Assembly: GCA_963789955.1 (NCBI GenBank)
Contig: CAWBMV010000011.1
Location: 17,772-81,771 of the forward strand
Length of the DNA stretch: 64,000 nt
Source: an uncultured Candidatus Rokubacteria bacterium
GTDB taxonomy: Bacteria; Methylomirabilota; Methylomirabilia; Rokubacteriales; CSP1-6
Direction: 5' to 3'
Below the pieces are notes generated by a model that searched no databases, was not told the origin of the DNA, and was given only the letters and a program-made list of their open reading frames with translations. A program made the translations under genes and the position numbers. This document shows positions 9,984 to 20,660 of the stretch, piece after piece. The stretch's first letter is position 1; the number at the start of each line of letters is the position of its first letter.

Positions 9984-10505
9984 CCGTTTCCGCCATCGCG
10001 TCCACCCCGGGCTAAATCACCGAAATTTCTGCGGGAACCGGCCGCCTTGCATCTCCCTACCGCCCCTGCAAGGATCGCCCTGTCCCTCACGATCGCCTGA
10101 GGCTGGCAGTCACGCCGCCTCGTCAGGCCTTTCCGAATCCGAACACGATCCGTCATCGCCCGGCGCTACGGTACACGCGCACGGTGACATCCGCCGGGAG
10201 GTAGAGCGGTGATCGAGCGAGCGATCGTCTTCATGATCGCGGTCAGCCTGCCGCTGATGCTGGTCGTCGAGCAGATGGCGCGCTGGCGGCGCGCGCTGAC
10301 TAGAAACGACGCACCACCAGGCCACGAAGATCGCCGACCGCGCCGACATCGAACACATCTGGATCGAGTTCGAGGGACGCGCCACTCGGTGCCCACGGTT
10401 CAGCCAACGGCCAGTGACCTCAACGATGTGCGTAGCGCGGCATCGTACTCCGCTTGTCCCGTCACGGCCGCGCGGGAGCGCCGTTCCATCCGACGGAGGG
10501 GAGCT

Positions 10506-11981
10506 ATGGCGTCTTGGCTTACAACGAGCACGAGGGCGGCCACCCGTTGCGTCATGATCATCTTTTTCGCCATGGCGACCGGCGGTGCGCTTATGACACC
10601 CTCGGCGCCCGACGCCGGGGACGGTGAGCGGGAGGGAGCAAGCGCCCAGGTTACCGTCAGGAACGAGTCCGGTCTTGCCCGGACCATCAACGTCGCCGGC
10701 TTTCCCGTCGTCGCGGTCACGAATCCGTTTTTCCAGGACCTAGGCATCAACCGCCGGCGATGCGTCACGTGCCACCAGCCCGACAACAACATGACGGTCA
10801 CGCCCGAGAGCATTCGAGCGCGCTTCGAAGCGACGAACGGCCACGATCCGATCTTCCGGACGAACGACGGATCGAACTCGCCACGAGCCGACGTTTCCAG
10901 CGTCGAGGCGCGGCGCGAGGCGTACAGCATGCTGCTCACCAAGGGCCTCATCCGCGTCGGCCTGCCCATCCCGGAGGGTGCCGAGTTCGAGCTGGTGGAT
11001 GTTCACGATCCCTATGGCTTCGCCAGCGCGACCGAGCTATCGCTGTTCCGGCGGCCCCTGCCTTCGACGAATCTCGCGTTCCTCAGCACGGTGATGTGGG
11101 ATGGCCGGGAGACGCTCCAGAGAGGCTCGCCGTCGGCGATTCACTTCGATCTGTCGGACCAGTCCAACAGCGCCACCACCGGTCATGCCCAGCGCCCCGC
11201 CCCGATCGCGGATGCGGTACGCGAGGCGATCGTGGCGTACGAGATGGGACTCTTCACCGCCCAGGTGTTCGACCACGCCGCCGGAAAGTTGGACGCTCAC
11301 AGCGCCGGCGGTGGCCCGGAAGAGCTCTCGCGCCAGACCTTTGTCTTCGGCGTGAACGACCCGCTCGGTTGCGACGCCAACGGTGCCAACTGCACGGGCG
11401 GCAACGCCGGCTTCGATCGCGTCGTCTTCACGGAGTTCGACGCGTGGACGAATGTGGTCGGCCACGGCCGCAACCGCGCCCGGGCCGCGGTCGCGCGCGG
11501 CCAGGCGCTGTTCAACACGAAGACCATCCTCATCCAAGGCGTCTCGGGCATCAACGACGACTTCAACGTGATGACGGTGCCCGGCACCTGCACGGTTTGT
11601 CACGACACACCGCACGCCGGCGATCACTCCGTGCCGGCTCCACTCGACATCGGCGTCGCCGCCCCACCCGGCATCGACGGCCTGAACGAGTTCGGGCTCC
11701 CGGTCGACGACATGCCCGTGTATACGCTGCGGAAGAAGGGCACGATCGATCAGATCAAGGTCGTGACCGATCCCGGGCGCGCGCTCATCACAGGGAAGTG
11801 GAAGGACGTCGGCCGCTTCAAGGGGCCGACCCTGCGCGGACTCGCCGGCCGAGGACCGTACTTCCACAACGGCGCGGCGGCGACGCTGCTCGACGTTGTG
11901 AACTTCTACGACCGGCGCTTCAACATCGGCCTCAGCGATCGAGAGAAGGCTGATCTGGTGGCGTTTCTCAAGTCGCTATAG
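10506..11981 (+). CDS. Exported di-haem cytochrome c, cytochrome c peroxidase/MauG superfamily
   Basis: Two CxxCH motifs (CVTCH, CTVCH), VMWDGR, FKGPTLRGLAGRGPYFHNG; hydrophobic N-terminus; GGAGG upstream. Confidence 0.8.
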   Translation: MASWLTTSTRAATRCVMIIFFAMATGGALMTPSAPDAGDGEREGASAQVTVRNESGLARTINVAGFPVVAVTNPFFQDLGINRRRCVTCHQPDNNMTVTPESIRARFEATNGHDPIFRTNDGSNSPRADVSSVEARREAYSMLLTKGLIRVGLPIPEGAEFELVDVHDPYGFASATELSLFRRPLPSTNLAFLSTVMWDGRETLQRGSPSAIHFDLSDQSNSATTGHAQRPAPIADAVREAIVAYEMGLFTAQVFDHAAGKLDAHSAGGGPEELSRQTFVFGVNDPLGCDANGANCTGGNAGFDRVVFTEFDAWTNVVGHGRNRARAAVARGQALFNTKTILIQGVSGINDDFNVMTVPGTCTVCHDTPHAGDHSVPAPLDIGVAAPPGIDGLNEFGLPVDDMPVYTLRKKGTIDQIKVVTDPGRALITGKWKDVGRFKGPTLRGLAGRGPYFHNGAAATLLDVVNFYDRRFNIGLSDREKADLVAFLKSL

Positions 11982-12002
11982 ACGAGGTGGCAGAGGTGGC
12001 TC

Positions 12003-12940
12003 ATGAGATACGGGGCTCGAACACTCGGCGTTCTCGCGCTCGTGCTCTGGCTCGCGACGCTCGGGGTGCCTTCCGCCGTCGGCGCCGCCGATGGCCAGAT
12101 GACCTGGGCCATCCACGTCACGCTCGCGCCTCGCTGGCTCGATCCGGCCGAGGCCGAATCGATCACCCCGTTCATGGTTCTCTATCCGCTGCACGACGCG
12201 ATCGCGAAGCCGATGCCCGCCGGGATCTCCACTCCGAGTCTCGCCGAAGGGTGGTCGATGACCCCGGATGGCCTCACCTACGAGTTCGTGCGCCGGGGCG
12301 GCGCGAAGTTCCACAACGGGGAGCCGGTGACCGCAGATGATGTCAAGTTCTCGTTCGAGCGTTACAAGGGCAGCGGCGCAAAGCTCCTGAAAGACCGGGT
12401 CCGCGAGGTTGAGGTCGTCTCCCCCCGCCGGATCAGATTCACCTCAAGCTCCCGTGGCCGGATTTCATGACGTTCTACGGGACGACCGCGACCGGGGCCG
12501 GCTGGATCGTGCCCAAGAAATACGTCGAGCACGTCGGCGACGAAGGCTTCAAGAAGGCCCCGATCGGGGCGGGGCCGTATCGGCTCGTGCGTATTTCCTC
12601 AACGGCCCGGTGGCCGAAGACGTGCGCCGAACCCCGGGTCTTAAGCTCGTGGCAATGCGAACCTACGGAACGTTCTTCCTGGACTCCGTCGACCAGTGGG
12701 ATCAGAAGTCTCCGTGGGCGGATCACCGAGTGAGACTCGCGGCGAGCTTATCGATCGACCGGAGAACGATCAATGAGGCTGAGCAGCTCGGCTTTGCCGG
12801 GCTTACCGGGAACATCGTCCCGCGGCACATGGAGTTCGCGCTTCCCATCGACCCACACCCGTACGACCCCAAGCGCGCCAAGCAGCTCCTCGTCGACGCC
12901 GGCTACCCGAACGGCTTCGATGGCGGCGACCTCACGCCTG
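12003..12940 (+). pseudogene. Peptide/nickel ABC substrate-binding protein (family 5); frameshifted, internally deleted, truncated
   Basis: PSLAEGWSMTPDGLTYEF, KFHNGEPVTADDVKFSFER, PIGAGPYR, PYDPKRAKQLLVDAGYPNGF spread over three frames. Confidence 0.8.
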
Positions 12941-12971
12941 CTCTCTCTGCCCCCGTCTCGACTCAAGGCCT

Positions 12972-14185
12972 TCAGATCACTCGCTTCTCGCGGAGCGCCC
13001 GCACCTCGTCGGCGCTGAAGCCGGCGAGGCTGGTCAATACCGTCTCGGTGTGCTCGCCCATGAGCGGCGCTCGGCCGGCGCGACCGGCGAGTCGGACAGG
13101 CGCACCGGACAGCCGATCATCGAGAACCGGCCGCGCGTCGGGTGGTCGAGATCGACAGATCGTGCCGCGCTCGCGCAGATGCGGGTTCGGCCAGCACCTC
13201 GGCGGTGTCGAGCACCGCACCGCAGACGATGCCGCGGCCGGCGAACGCCTTCATCACCTCGCGCTTGCTCGCGCGAGCGCGCCCAGCCCTCGAGAATCTC
13301 GGTCAGCGCCGCGGCGTTCCGGGCGCGCGCCGGCGGTGTGCAGAAGCGCTCGTCGCTTCTGCAGCTCGGGCCGGCCGATGACCTCCGTCATCGCGCTCGA
13401 ACATCTCCGGGTTGTCGGGCGGCATGATCATGTAGACGTAGTCGTTCGAGCCGTCGCCGGCGCAGCGGATCAGGTCGGCATAGCCGCCGGTCGCCGAGCG
13501 GTTGCCGGTGCGGCCGAGCGGCTTGCCGGTCGCCAGGGTCGGCGTGAACTTGACCCGGGTCAGGTTCAGCACCGCCTCCTGCATCGCCACCTCGACGAGC
13601 TGGCCCTGGCCGGTGCGGCCGCGCTGCACGAGGGCCGCGAGGATCGCGATCGCCAGGTGCATGCCGGTGCCGCTGTCGCCGATATTGGCGCCGTTGAGCA
13701 GTCGGCGGGCCGTCCGGCCTCGCCGGTCACGCTCATCGCGCCGGAGGTCGCCTGCGCCACCGGCTCGAAGCACTTGTAGTCGCTGTACGGACCGTAGGAG
13801 CCGAAGCCCTTGACCGAGGCATAGACGGCGCGCGGGTTCAGCTCCTTGACCGCCTCGTAGCCGAGCCCGAGCCGCTCCATCACGCCGGGGCCGAGGTTCT
13901 CGGCGACGACATCGGCCTCCTTGATCAGGCGGCGGGCGATCTCCTTGCCCTCGTCGGTCTTCAGATCGATGACGGTGCTGCGCTTGTTGCTGTTGAGCAG
14001 CAGAAAGAAATAGCTGTCGAGCCGGATTGTCCGGCGTTCCACAGCCGCCGCGCCCGGTCGCCGTGCGGCGGCCGCTCGATCTTGATCACATCGGCGCCGA
14101 GCCAGGCCAGCATCTGGGTGCAGGACGGCCCCGCCTGGTCGTGGGTGAAGTCGATGACGCGAATGCCTTCGAGCGCCTGGCTCAT
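12972..14185 (-). CDS. CaiB/BaiF family III CoA-transferase (formyl-CoA transferase-like); several frameshifts
   Basis: [51 protein letters not shown] in successive frames. Confidence 0.8.
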
Positions 14186-14206
14186 CTTCTCTCTCCTGAC
14201 TGCGCA

Positions 14207-16070
14207 TTATCGCTTCAGGCCGTCCAGCACCTCGAGCGCGAGCTCGTACCGGCCGAGCGGCGGCATCAGATACGCGCCCTGGACGCGCTCGCGCACCGCG
14301 AACAGCATCTCGCGCGCGATCTTGACGCCCTCCTTGCGCGCGGCCTCGCCGCCCGGCGTCTTGCGCATCCGCTCGCGGATCGCCTCGGGAATCTGCATGC
14401 CGGGGACTTCGTTGTGAAGGAACTCGGCGTTCTTGTAGCTCACGAGCGGGAGCACGCCGACCAGCACGGGCATCGCCAGGTGCTCGATGCGCCGCAGCAC
14501 CGTCTCGAGCAGGTCCGTCTGGAAGATCGGCTGCGTCATGACGAGCTCCGCGCCGGCCTCCCTCTTCTTCTCGAGGCGGGCGATCTCCTTGTCGAGATCC
14601 GCCGCGCCCGGCTCGAGGCCCGTCGCGAGGAGGAACGACGTCTGGCCGCCGGGCAACGGCTTGCCGGCGGGATCGACGCCGCGGTTCATGTTCGACGCCA
14701 TCTGGAGCAGCCCGATCGCGTCGAGGTCGTAGACCGCGGTCGCCTCCGGGTAGTCGCCGACCTTCGGCGGATCGCCGGTGATGATCACGAGGTTCCGGAT
14801 GCCGATGGCGTGCGCGCCGAGGAGGTGCGCCATCTGCGCGAGCAGGTTCCGGTCGCGGCCGCACACGTGGAGGATCGGCTGGATGCCGTAGCGCCCCAGC
14901 AGCAGCGAGCAGAACGCGAGGTTCGACATGCGCGCCATCGCGCGCGGCGCGTCGGCGACGTTCACGATGTCGACGCCGCTGTCGAGCAGCATCTTCGCGC
15001 CCGCGAGCGCCTTGGACGGATCGAGGCCCGGCGCCGGATTCACCTCGACGGAGACCACGAACGCCCCCGCCGCGATCTTCGCGGCGAAGGCACTCCGCTC
15101 GGCGAGCGGCGTGGGCTCGAGGACCGTCGACCGGCTCCGCGGTCCTCACCGCGCGCACTCGCGCGACGTCGGCGCGCTGGTCGCCGAGCATGCGCCCGGA
15201 CTTCGCCATCCAGCGGACGTGCTCGGGCGTCGTGCCGCAGCAGCCGCCGATCATCGTGGCGCCGATCTGGATCGTGCGGCGCGCGAAGACGTCGAAGTAC
15301 TCGGGCGTCGCCATGTAGAGGAGGCGGCCGTCGACGGTGCGCGGCAGCCCGGCGTTCGGCTGCACGCAGAGCGGCAGATCCGACGACGCGCATGCGCTCG
15401 GCGATGGCGAGCGCGAGCTGCGGGCCGTCGCCGCAGTTCACGCCGATCGCCGTCCGCGCCCCAGTCGCGCAGCGTCGTTGCGACGTGCTCGGGCGTCGAC
15501 CCGTCGGCGACTGTCTCGCTCGGGTCGAAGGTCATGGACGCGATGATCGGCGTGTCGGGCGCGCCGCGGCGCGCCGCTTCGATCGCGATGCGAATCTCCT
15601 CGAGGTGCCGGAACGTCTCGAGCACGAGCACGTCCGCACCGCCCTCGACGAGCGCCGCGGCCTGCTCGGCGAAGGTGGCGGCGGCCAGGTCGAGCTCGGC
15701 CTGCGTCGCGACGCCGGGGACGAGCCCGGTAGGTCCGATCGAGCCGCCGACCCACACGTCCTCGCCGGCCGCCTGGCGCGCGAGTCGCGCGCCCGCGAGG
15801 TTGAAGGCGCGCACCTGGTCGCCGAGGCCGTGGCGGTCGAGGCGGAAGCAGTTCGCGCCGTACGTGTTGGTCTCGATGACCTTCGCGCCGGCGCTGACGT
15901 AGTCCTCGTGGATCTTCGGCGACGACGTCCGGCCGGGTGACGTTGAGCTGCTCGAAGTTCTGCGTGACGAAGACGCCGCGCTCGTAGAGCAGCGAGCCCA
16001 TCGCGCCGTCGAACACGAGGAGCGAGCGCATCGCCTCGCGAAAGGGCGTGTCCCGCCGCGTTGGCCTCAT
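14207..16070 (-). CDS. yitJ: Bifunctional homocysteine S-methyltransferase/methylenetetrahydrofolate reductase (YitJ-like); frameshifted
   Basis: VFDGAMG, GSIGPTG, IGGCCGTTPEH (Zn ligands), then MTHFR domain (ILHVCGRDRN, ITGDPPKVGDYP, MTQPIF). Confidence 0.85.
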
Positions 16071-16149
16071 ACAGCTATGCTACCGCGCGAGGTGCGGCAT
16101 GCGCCGCTCCTACGTCGAGGCGCGTCCCATGCGGACGCGCTCGCGGCTC

Positions 16150-17505
16150 TCACCGTACGGTCGAGCTCCTCCACGCGTAGAACTGCGGAAGCCCGAGGTA
16201 GACGGCGACCAGGAGCAGCGCAGCCAGCGCGAGCGCGACCGACTGCATGAGCCACATGCCCGCGATGCCCCACGGTGGCCCCCACAGGCCGCCGAAGGCG
16301 ACGAGGTAGCCGCCAGTCACGCCCACCCCCCACAGCGCCGTGGCGTGGATCGCGGTGGGCGCGATCGCGAGCTTGTAGGCGCGGAGCACGAAGCTCGCGA
16401 CCGTCTGCAGGGCGTCGAAGAAATGGAAGGCGGCGAGATAGGGCACCAAGGTCAGCGCCGCCGCCGCGACCGCGGGGTCTCGGGTGTAGAGGCCGATGAT
16501 GCCGCCGCGCAGCGTCCACACCGTGAGCACGGTGGCGGCGGCGACGAACGCGGCGATCCGCAGCCCCGTCAGCGCCGTCTCCCGCGCTCGCCCTGGATCG
16601 CCCGCGCCGATGGCCTGGGCCGTCAAGGTTGCGGTGGCCACCGAGAGCGAGAGCGGGAGCATGAAGCACAGCGCCGCCAGGTTGGCGACCACCTGATGCC
16701 CGCCCATCACCGTCGTACCCAGACGGGCGGCGAGGAGCGTGATGGCCGTGAACGACGTCGCCTCGAGCGCGTAGGACAGGCTCATCGGAACGCCGAGCTG
16801 GAGGATCTCGCGCAGCATCGGCCAGCGCGGCCACGCCCGATGGATGACGAAGCGGCGATAGAACGGGCTGCGGTGCATGTAGCCGAAGCCCAGCACGAAG
16901 AGCACCCAGAACACGATCACCGAGGCCAGCGCGCCGCCCACGGCGCCCAGCCGGGGCACGCCGAAGCCGCCGAAGATGAGCAGGGAGCTGAGGCCTACCT
17001 TGAGCGCGAGCCCCGCGAGCTGCAGCGCCATCACGACGTGAGGACGCGACACCGCGGTGTTGACCGCGTAGATCGCGCGGAACATGAGGCCTCCTGGCAG
17101 GGCCATCGCGAGCACGCGAAGATAGCGCGCCACGTGCGCCTCGACCTCGGGCGGCGCCTGCAGCCACGGCAGCCAGAGGCCGGCGAACAGCAGCGGGAGC
17201 ACGCCGAGAGCGGACAGGAACAGCGCCATCCACAGCCCTTGCACGTACGTCGAGCCGATCGCCACGAGGCGCCCGGCGCCGAAGTGCTGGGCGACGATGG
17301 GATTCAGCGCGCTGGTCGCGCCCATGAGCCCGACGAACACGGTCGAGTAGACGCTGAGCCCGAGGCCCATAGTGGCCAGATCCACGGGGGAGGCGCGGCC
17401 GCAGAGCACCGTATCGACCACCGCGAATGCCATCCCGGCGAACTGGCCGACGAGGATCGGTCGCGCTTGGCCTACGATGCCGCGGACAATCGACGCGCCT
17501 GGCAT
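16150..17505 (-). CDS. MATE family efflux transporter (NorM-like)
   Basis: Many TM segments, VVDTVLCGR, PRLGAVGGALAS, duplicated halves. Confidence 0.88.
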   Translation of the reverse strand: MPGASIVRGIVGQARPILVGQFAGMAFAVVDTVLCGRASPVDLATMGLGLSVYSTVFVGLMGATSALNPIVAQHFGAGRLVAIGSTYVQGLWMALFLSALGVLPLLFAGLWLPWLQAPPEVEAHVARYLRVLAMALPGGLMFRAIYAVNTAVSRPHVVMALQLAGLALKVGLSSLLIFGGFGVPRLGAVGGALASVIVFWVLFVLGFGYMHRSPFYRRFVIHRAWPRWPMLREILQLGVPMSLSYALEATSFTAITLLAARLGTTVMGGHQVVANLAALCFMLPLSLSVATATLTAQAIGAGDPGRARETALTGLRIAAFVAAATVLTVWTLRGGIIGLYTRDPAVAAAALTLVPYLAAFHFFDALQTVASFVLRAYKLAIAPTAIHATALWGVGVTGGYLVAFGGLWGPPWGIAGMWLMQSVALALAALLLVAVYLGLPQFYAWRSSTVR

Positions 17506-17652
17506 GGCTCCGCGACTATAGCGTGCTCGACCGTCGCGTCGTCGTACGCGCCGTGAAGTACCACTGAAACCCTGCGGTTGACCACCGGGCTTGCGACAGT
17601 CTAGTCTCGGCCCACCGTCCCGACCTTTAGCGGCCTAGATTCCGGAGGCGGA

Positions 17653-20052
17653 ATGCAGTGTCCCCGGTGCGAGCAGGACAATCCCTCGCATGCTGTGTTC
17701 TGTCTGAAGTGTGGTGCGCCTTTCAGGGACGGCAGTGGCACGGGAGGATCGTACGCGGAGCTGCGGACCGAGATCGGCGCCCTTCGGCGTTCGCTGAGTG
17801 AGTCACAAGAGCAGCAAGCCGCGACCAGCGAAATTCTCCGGGTCATCGCGAGCTCACCCACGGACGTCCAGCCGGTGTTCGCGGCAATGGCAGCGAGCGC
17901 GGCCCGGCTGTGTGAGGCTCTCGATGCCGCGATCTACCGCGTCGACGGTGATGTCCTCCGTCTTGTCGCTCACGAAGGATCGATTGCTCCAGATCTCGTC
18001 CTGCCGTTGACGGACGGAACTTTGGGCGGACGCGTCGTCGGTGAGCGAAGGGCCATTCATATCGAAGATCTGCCGGCTGAGACACACGAGTATCCGATCA
18101 GCAGTGAGTTCGCGCGTATTCGCCAATTTCGGACGATTCTCAGCGTTCCTCTACTCCACGACGGACAGGCGATAGGATTGATCGCGATCCGGCGCACCGA
18201 AATGCGACCGTTCACGGCCCGTCAAGTAGAGCTTGCCAAGACCTTCGCCGACCAGGCCGTGATCGCAATTGAAAATGTGCGGCTGTTCAATGAGACGAAG
18301 GAGGCCCTGGAGCAGCAGACGGCGACGGCCGAGATCCTCCGGGTCATCTCGAGGTCACCTACGGACGTGCAGCCGGTCTTCGACGCCATTGCTGAGAGTG
18401 CCGCCCGCTTGTGCAGTGCCAACGACGCCCAAGTACTTTTGGTCGAGGGAGACGCCCTTCGCCTCGTCGCCTCATGTGGGGCGACGTCGATGCCCCTGGT
18501 GCGTCAATTGACACGCGGACACTTGGTCGGCCGTGCAGTCATCGATCGCCGGACCATTAACGTACGGGACCGTGCCCAGTTCCTGGCGGAGTATCCCGAG
18601 ACGTCCGTAGTTCGCTACGGTGTCCAGTCGGCGCTCGCGGTGCCGCTCCTACGCGACGAAGTCGCGCTCGGCGTGATCAGAATCAGCCGAACGGAAATCC
18701 GGCCTTTCACGGATAGCCAAATCGCGCTGCTCCAAACGTTCGCCGACCAAGCGGTGATCGCTATTGAGAACGTTCGGCTTTTCAAAGAGCTAGAAACACG
18801 TAATACAGAGCTTACCCATGCCTTGTCTCGACAGACGGCCACCAGCGAAATTCTGCGCGTTATCTCAGGATCGCCCACCGACGTACAGCCGGTTTTCGAC
18901 ACAATCATCAGAAGCGCGGTGACACTGTGTGACGGACTCTTCGGCGGCCTCGACCGATTTGACGGCGACCTGATTTATCCTGTCGCGACCTACAACTACA
19001 CTCCTGAGGCGCTCGCCGCCATGCATCGCGTATTCCCCGCACGTCCGAGCCGGAGCCTCGGAGTCGGCCGCGCGATCCTCGACCGCGACGTCGTCCACAT
19101 TCCCGATGTCGAGCTTGATCCAGAATATAAGATGCAGGACTTGGCAGGCACGATTGGCTTTCGCAGCGGTCTCTGTGTCCCAATGCTTCGGGATGGCGTT
19201 CCCGTCGGCGTGATCCTTGTGGGTCGCGCCGAGCCCGGACCTTTCTCCGACAATCAGATTGCGCTGCTGAAGACCTTCGCGGATCAAGCCGTGATTGCCA
19301 TTGAGAATGTGCGGTTGTTCAGAGAGCTCGAAGTTGCAAACAGCGAACTGGCTGCAGCAAGTCAGCACAAGTCTGAATTCTTGGCCAACATGTCCCACGA
19401 ACTGCGGACCCCTCTTAACGCAATCATCGGCTTCTCCGAAGTGCTGACTGACCGCATGTTCGGGGAGCTGAACGCGAAGCAGGACGAGTACCTGAAGGAC
19501 ATCAACGCCTCGGGAACCCATCTACTCTCCCTGATCAACGACATCCTCGACCTGTCCAAGATTGAAGCCGGGCGCATGGAACTGGAGTTGACGGACTTCG
19601 ACCTGCCCACGGCACTGGACAACGCTTTGATGTTGGTTCGCGAGCGTGCTCAGCGGCGGAGTCTGACGCTGCACACAGACGTGGATGCCGGGGTTGGTCA
19701 GATTCAGGGGGACGAGCGGAAGATCCGTCAGGTCGTCTTGAACCTGCTCTCCAATGCGATCAAGTTCACGCCAGAAGGCGGGCGAATTGAAGTCGCGGCT
19801 ATGCCCAAGGACGGGCTGGTGGAGGTCTCCGTCAGCGATACTGGAGTGGGCATCGCCGCCGAAGATCAGGAAGCGGTGTTTGAAGAGTTCCGTCAGGTGG
19901 GGGCTGCGGACAAGAAGGCTGAGGGGACAGGCCTGGGGCTGACTCTCTGCCGGAAGTTCATCGAGCTCCACGGCGGGAAGATCTGGGTCAAGAGCCAGGT
20001 CGGCGTGGGCTCAACATTTACGTTCACGATCCCGGTGCGCCCAGGCCAGTAA
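17653..20052 (+). CDS. Cytoplasmic sensor histidine kinase: zinc ribbon + 3 GAF + HisKA + HATPase
   Basis: CPRC...CLKC; three TFADQAVIAIENVRLF GAF ends; FLANMSHELRTPLNAIIGF; NLLSNAIKFT; GTGLGL. Confidence 0.92.
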   Translation: MQCPRCEQDNPSHAVFCLKCGAPFRDGSGTGGSYAELRTEIGALRRSLSESQEQQAATSEILRVIASSPTDVQPVFAAMAASAARLCEALDAAIYRVDGDVLRLVAHEGSIAPDLVLPLTDGTLGGRVVGERRAIHIEDLPAETHEYPISSEFARIRQFRTILSVPLLHDGQAIGLIAIRRTEMRPFTARQVELAKTFADQAVIAIENVRLFNETKEALEQQTATAEILRVISRSPTDVQPVFDAIAESAARLCSANDAQVLLVEGDALRLVASCGATSMPLVRQLTRGHLVGRAVIDRRTINVRDRAQFLAEYPETSVVRYGVQSALAVPLLRDEVALGVIRISRTEIRPFTDSQIALLQTFADQAVIAIENVRLFKELETRNTELTHALSRQTATSEILRVISGSPTDVQPVFDTIIRSAVTLCDGLFGGLDRFDGDLIYPVATYNYTPEALAAMHRVFPARPSRSLGVGRAILDRDVVHIPDVELDPEYKMQDLAGTIGFRSGLCVPMLRDGVPVGVILVGRAEPGPFSDNQIALLKTFADQAVIAIENVRLFRELEVANSELAAASQHKSEFLANMSHELRTPLNAIIGFSEVLTDRMFGELNAKQDEYLKDINASGTHLLSLINDILDLSKIEAGRMELELTDFDLPTALDNALMLVRERAQRRSLTLHTDVDAGVGQIQGDERKIRQVVLNLLSNAIKFTPEGGRIEVAAMPKDGLVEVSVSDTGVGIAAEDQEAVFEEFRQVGAADKKAEGTGLGLTLCRKFIELHGGKIWVKSQVGVGSTFTFTIPVRPGQ

Positions 20053-20085
20053 CCGCTCGCACTCCGCTGCCAAACTCCCGGCGGT

Positions 20086-20619
20086 CTAAGTCCCTCGTCG
20101 CCCGACAAGCAGCTCAAGCGCACGGGCGTGAGGCAGGCCGGTTTGCGTGGATTTCGTGGTTTGTAAGCCGAACTCACTGAGCGCGAGCAACAACGAGTTC
20201 GCTTCATTGGGCGGGTAGTCGCGATCGTTCACAGCGAGGAAGAGCCCTCTGTCGCCGGCGTTGCCCTGAGATGCGCGGTAGACCCCTTGCGCAGGCCATT
20301 CTGCCTCAATGAAAACGTCGAGCAGGTCCCGGGCGAAGCGCACGGCTTCTTCAGACGGCACCGCCGCGATCCTGAGCTCGGCTGCCGGAAGCTGGCGCAG
20401 TCGGGCGAGAAGCTGGGTGCGTTGAATCTCCTCCAGCCGGCGATGCGTCGAGAGGTTCCACGCGTAATATCCGAACAGCGCGGTGAGCAGCGTGAGAAGC
20501 GCGGCGGCGACGTTGTAGCCGGCGTGACGACCGATGCCGACGAGGATGATGCCGACCCCGACGACGGCGGTCACCATGCCCGCCACCATCAGCAATCGCG
20601 ACGGATCATCCCAGCGCAT
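20086..20619 (-). CDS. Hypothetical protein with two N-terminal TM helices
   Basis: 177-aa ORF, two hydrophobic segments then soluble domain. Confidence 0.55.
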   Translation of the reverse strand: MRWDDPSRLLMVAGMVTAVVGVGIILVGIGRHAGYNVAAALLTLLTALFGYYAWNLSTHRRLEEIQRTQLLARLRQLPAAELRIAAVPSEEAVRFARDLLDVFIEAEWPAQGVYRASQGNAGDRGLFLAVNDRDYPPNEANSLLLALSEFGLQTTKSTQTGLPHARALELLVGRRGT

Positions 20620-20660
20620 CAGCCTCAGATAATAACGCGTCGACCCAGGGATATGTAGGC

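Noticed and set aside
10209..10505. N-terminal extension of the cytochrome ORF from 10209
   Set aside because: The extension is Arg-rich and low quality; a better RBS and a signal-like sequence occur at 10506.
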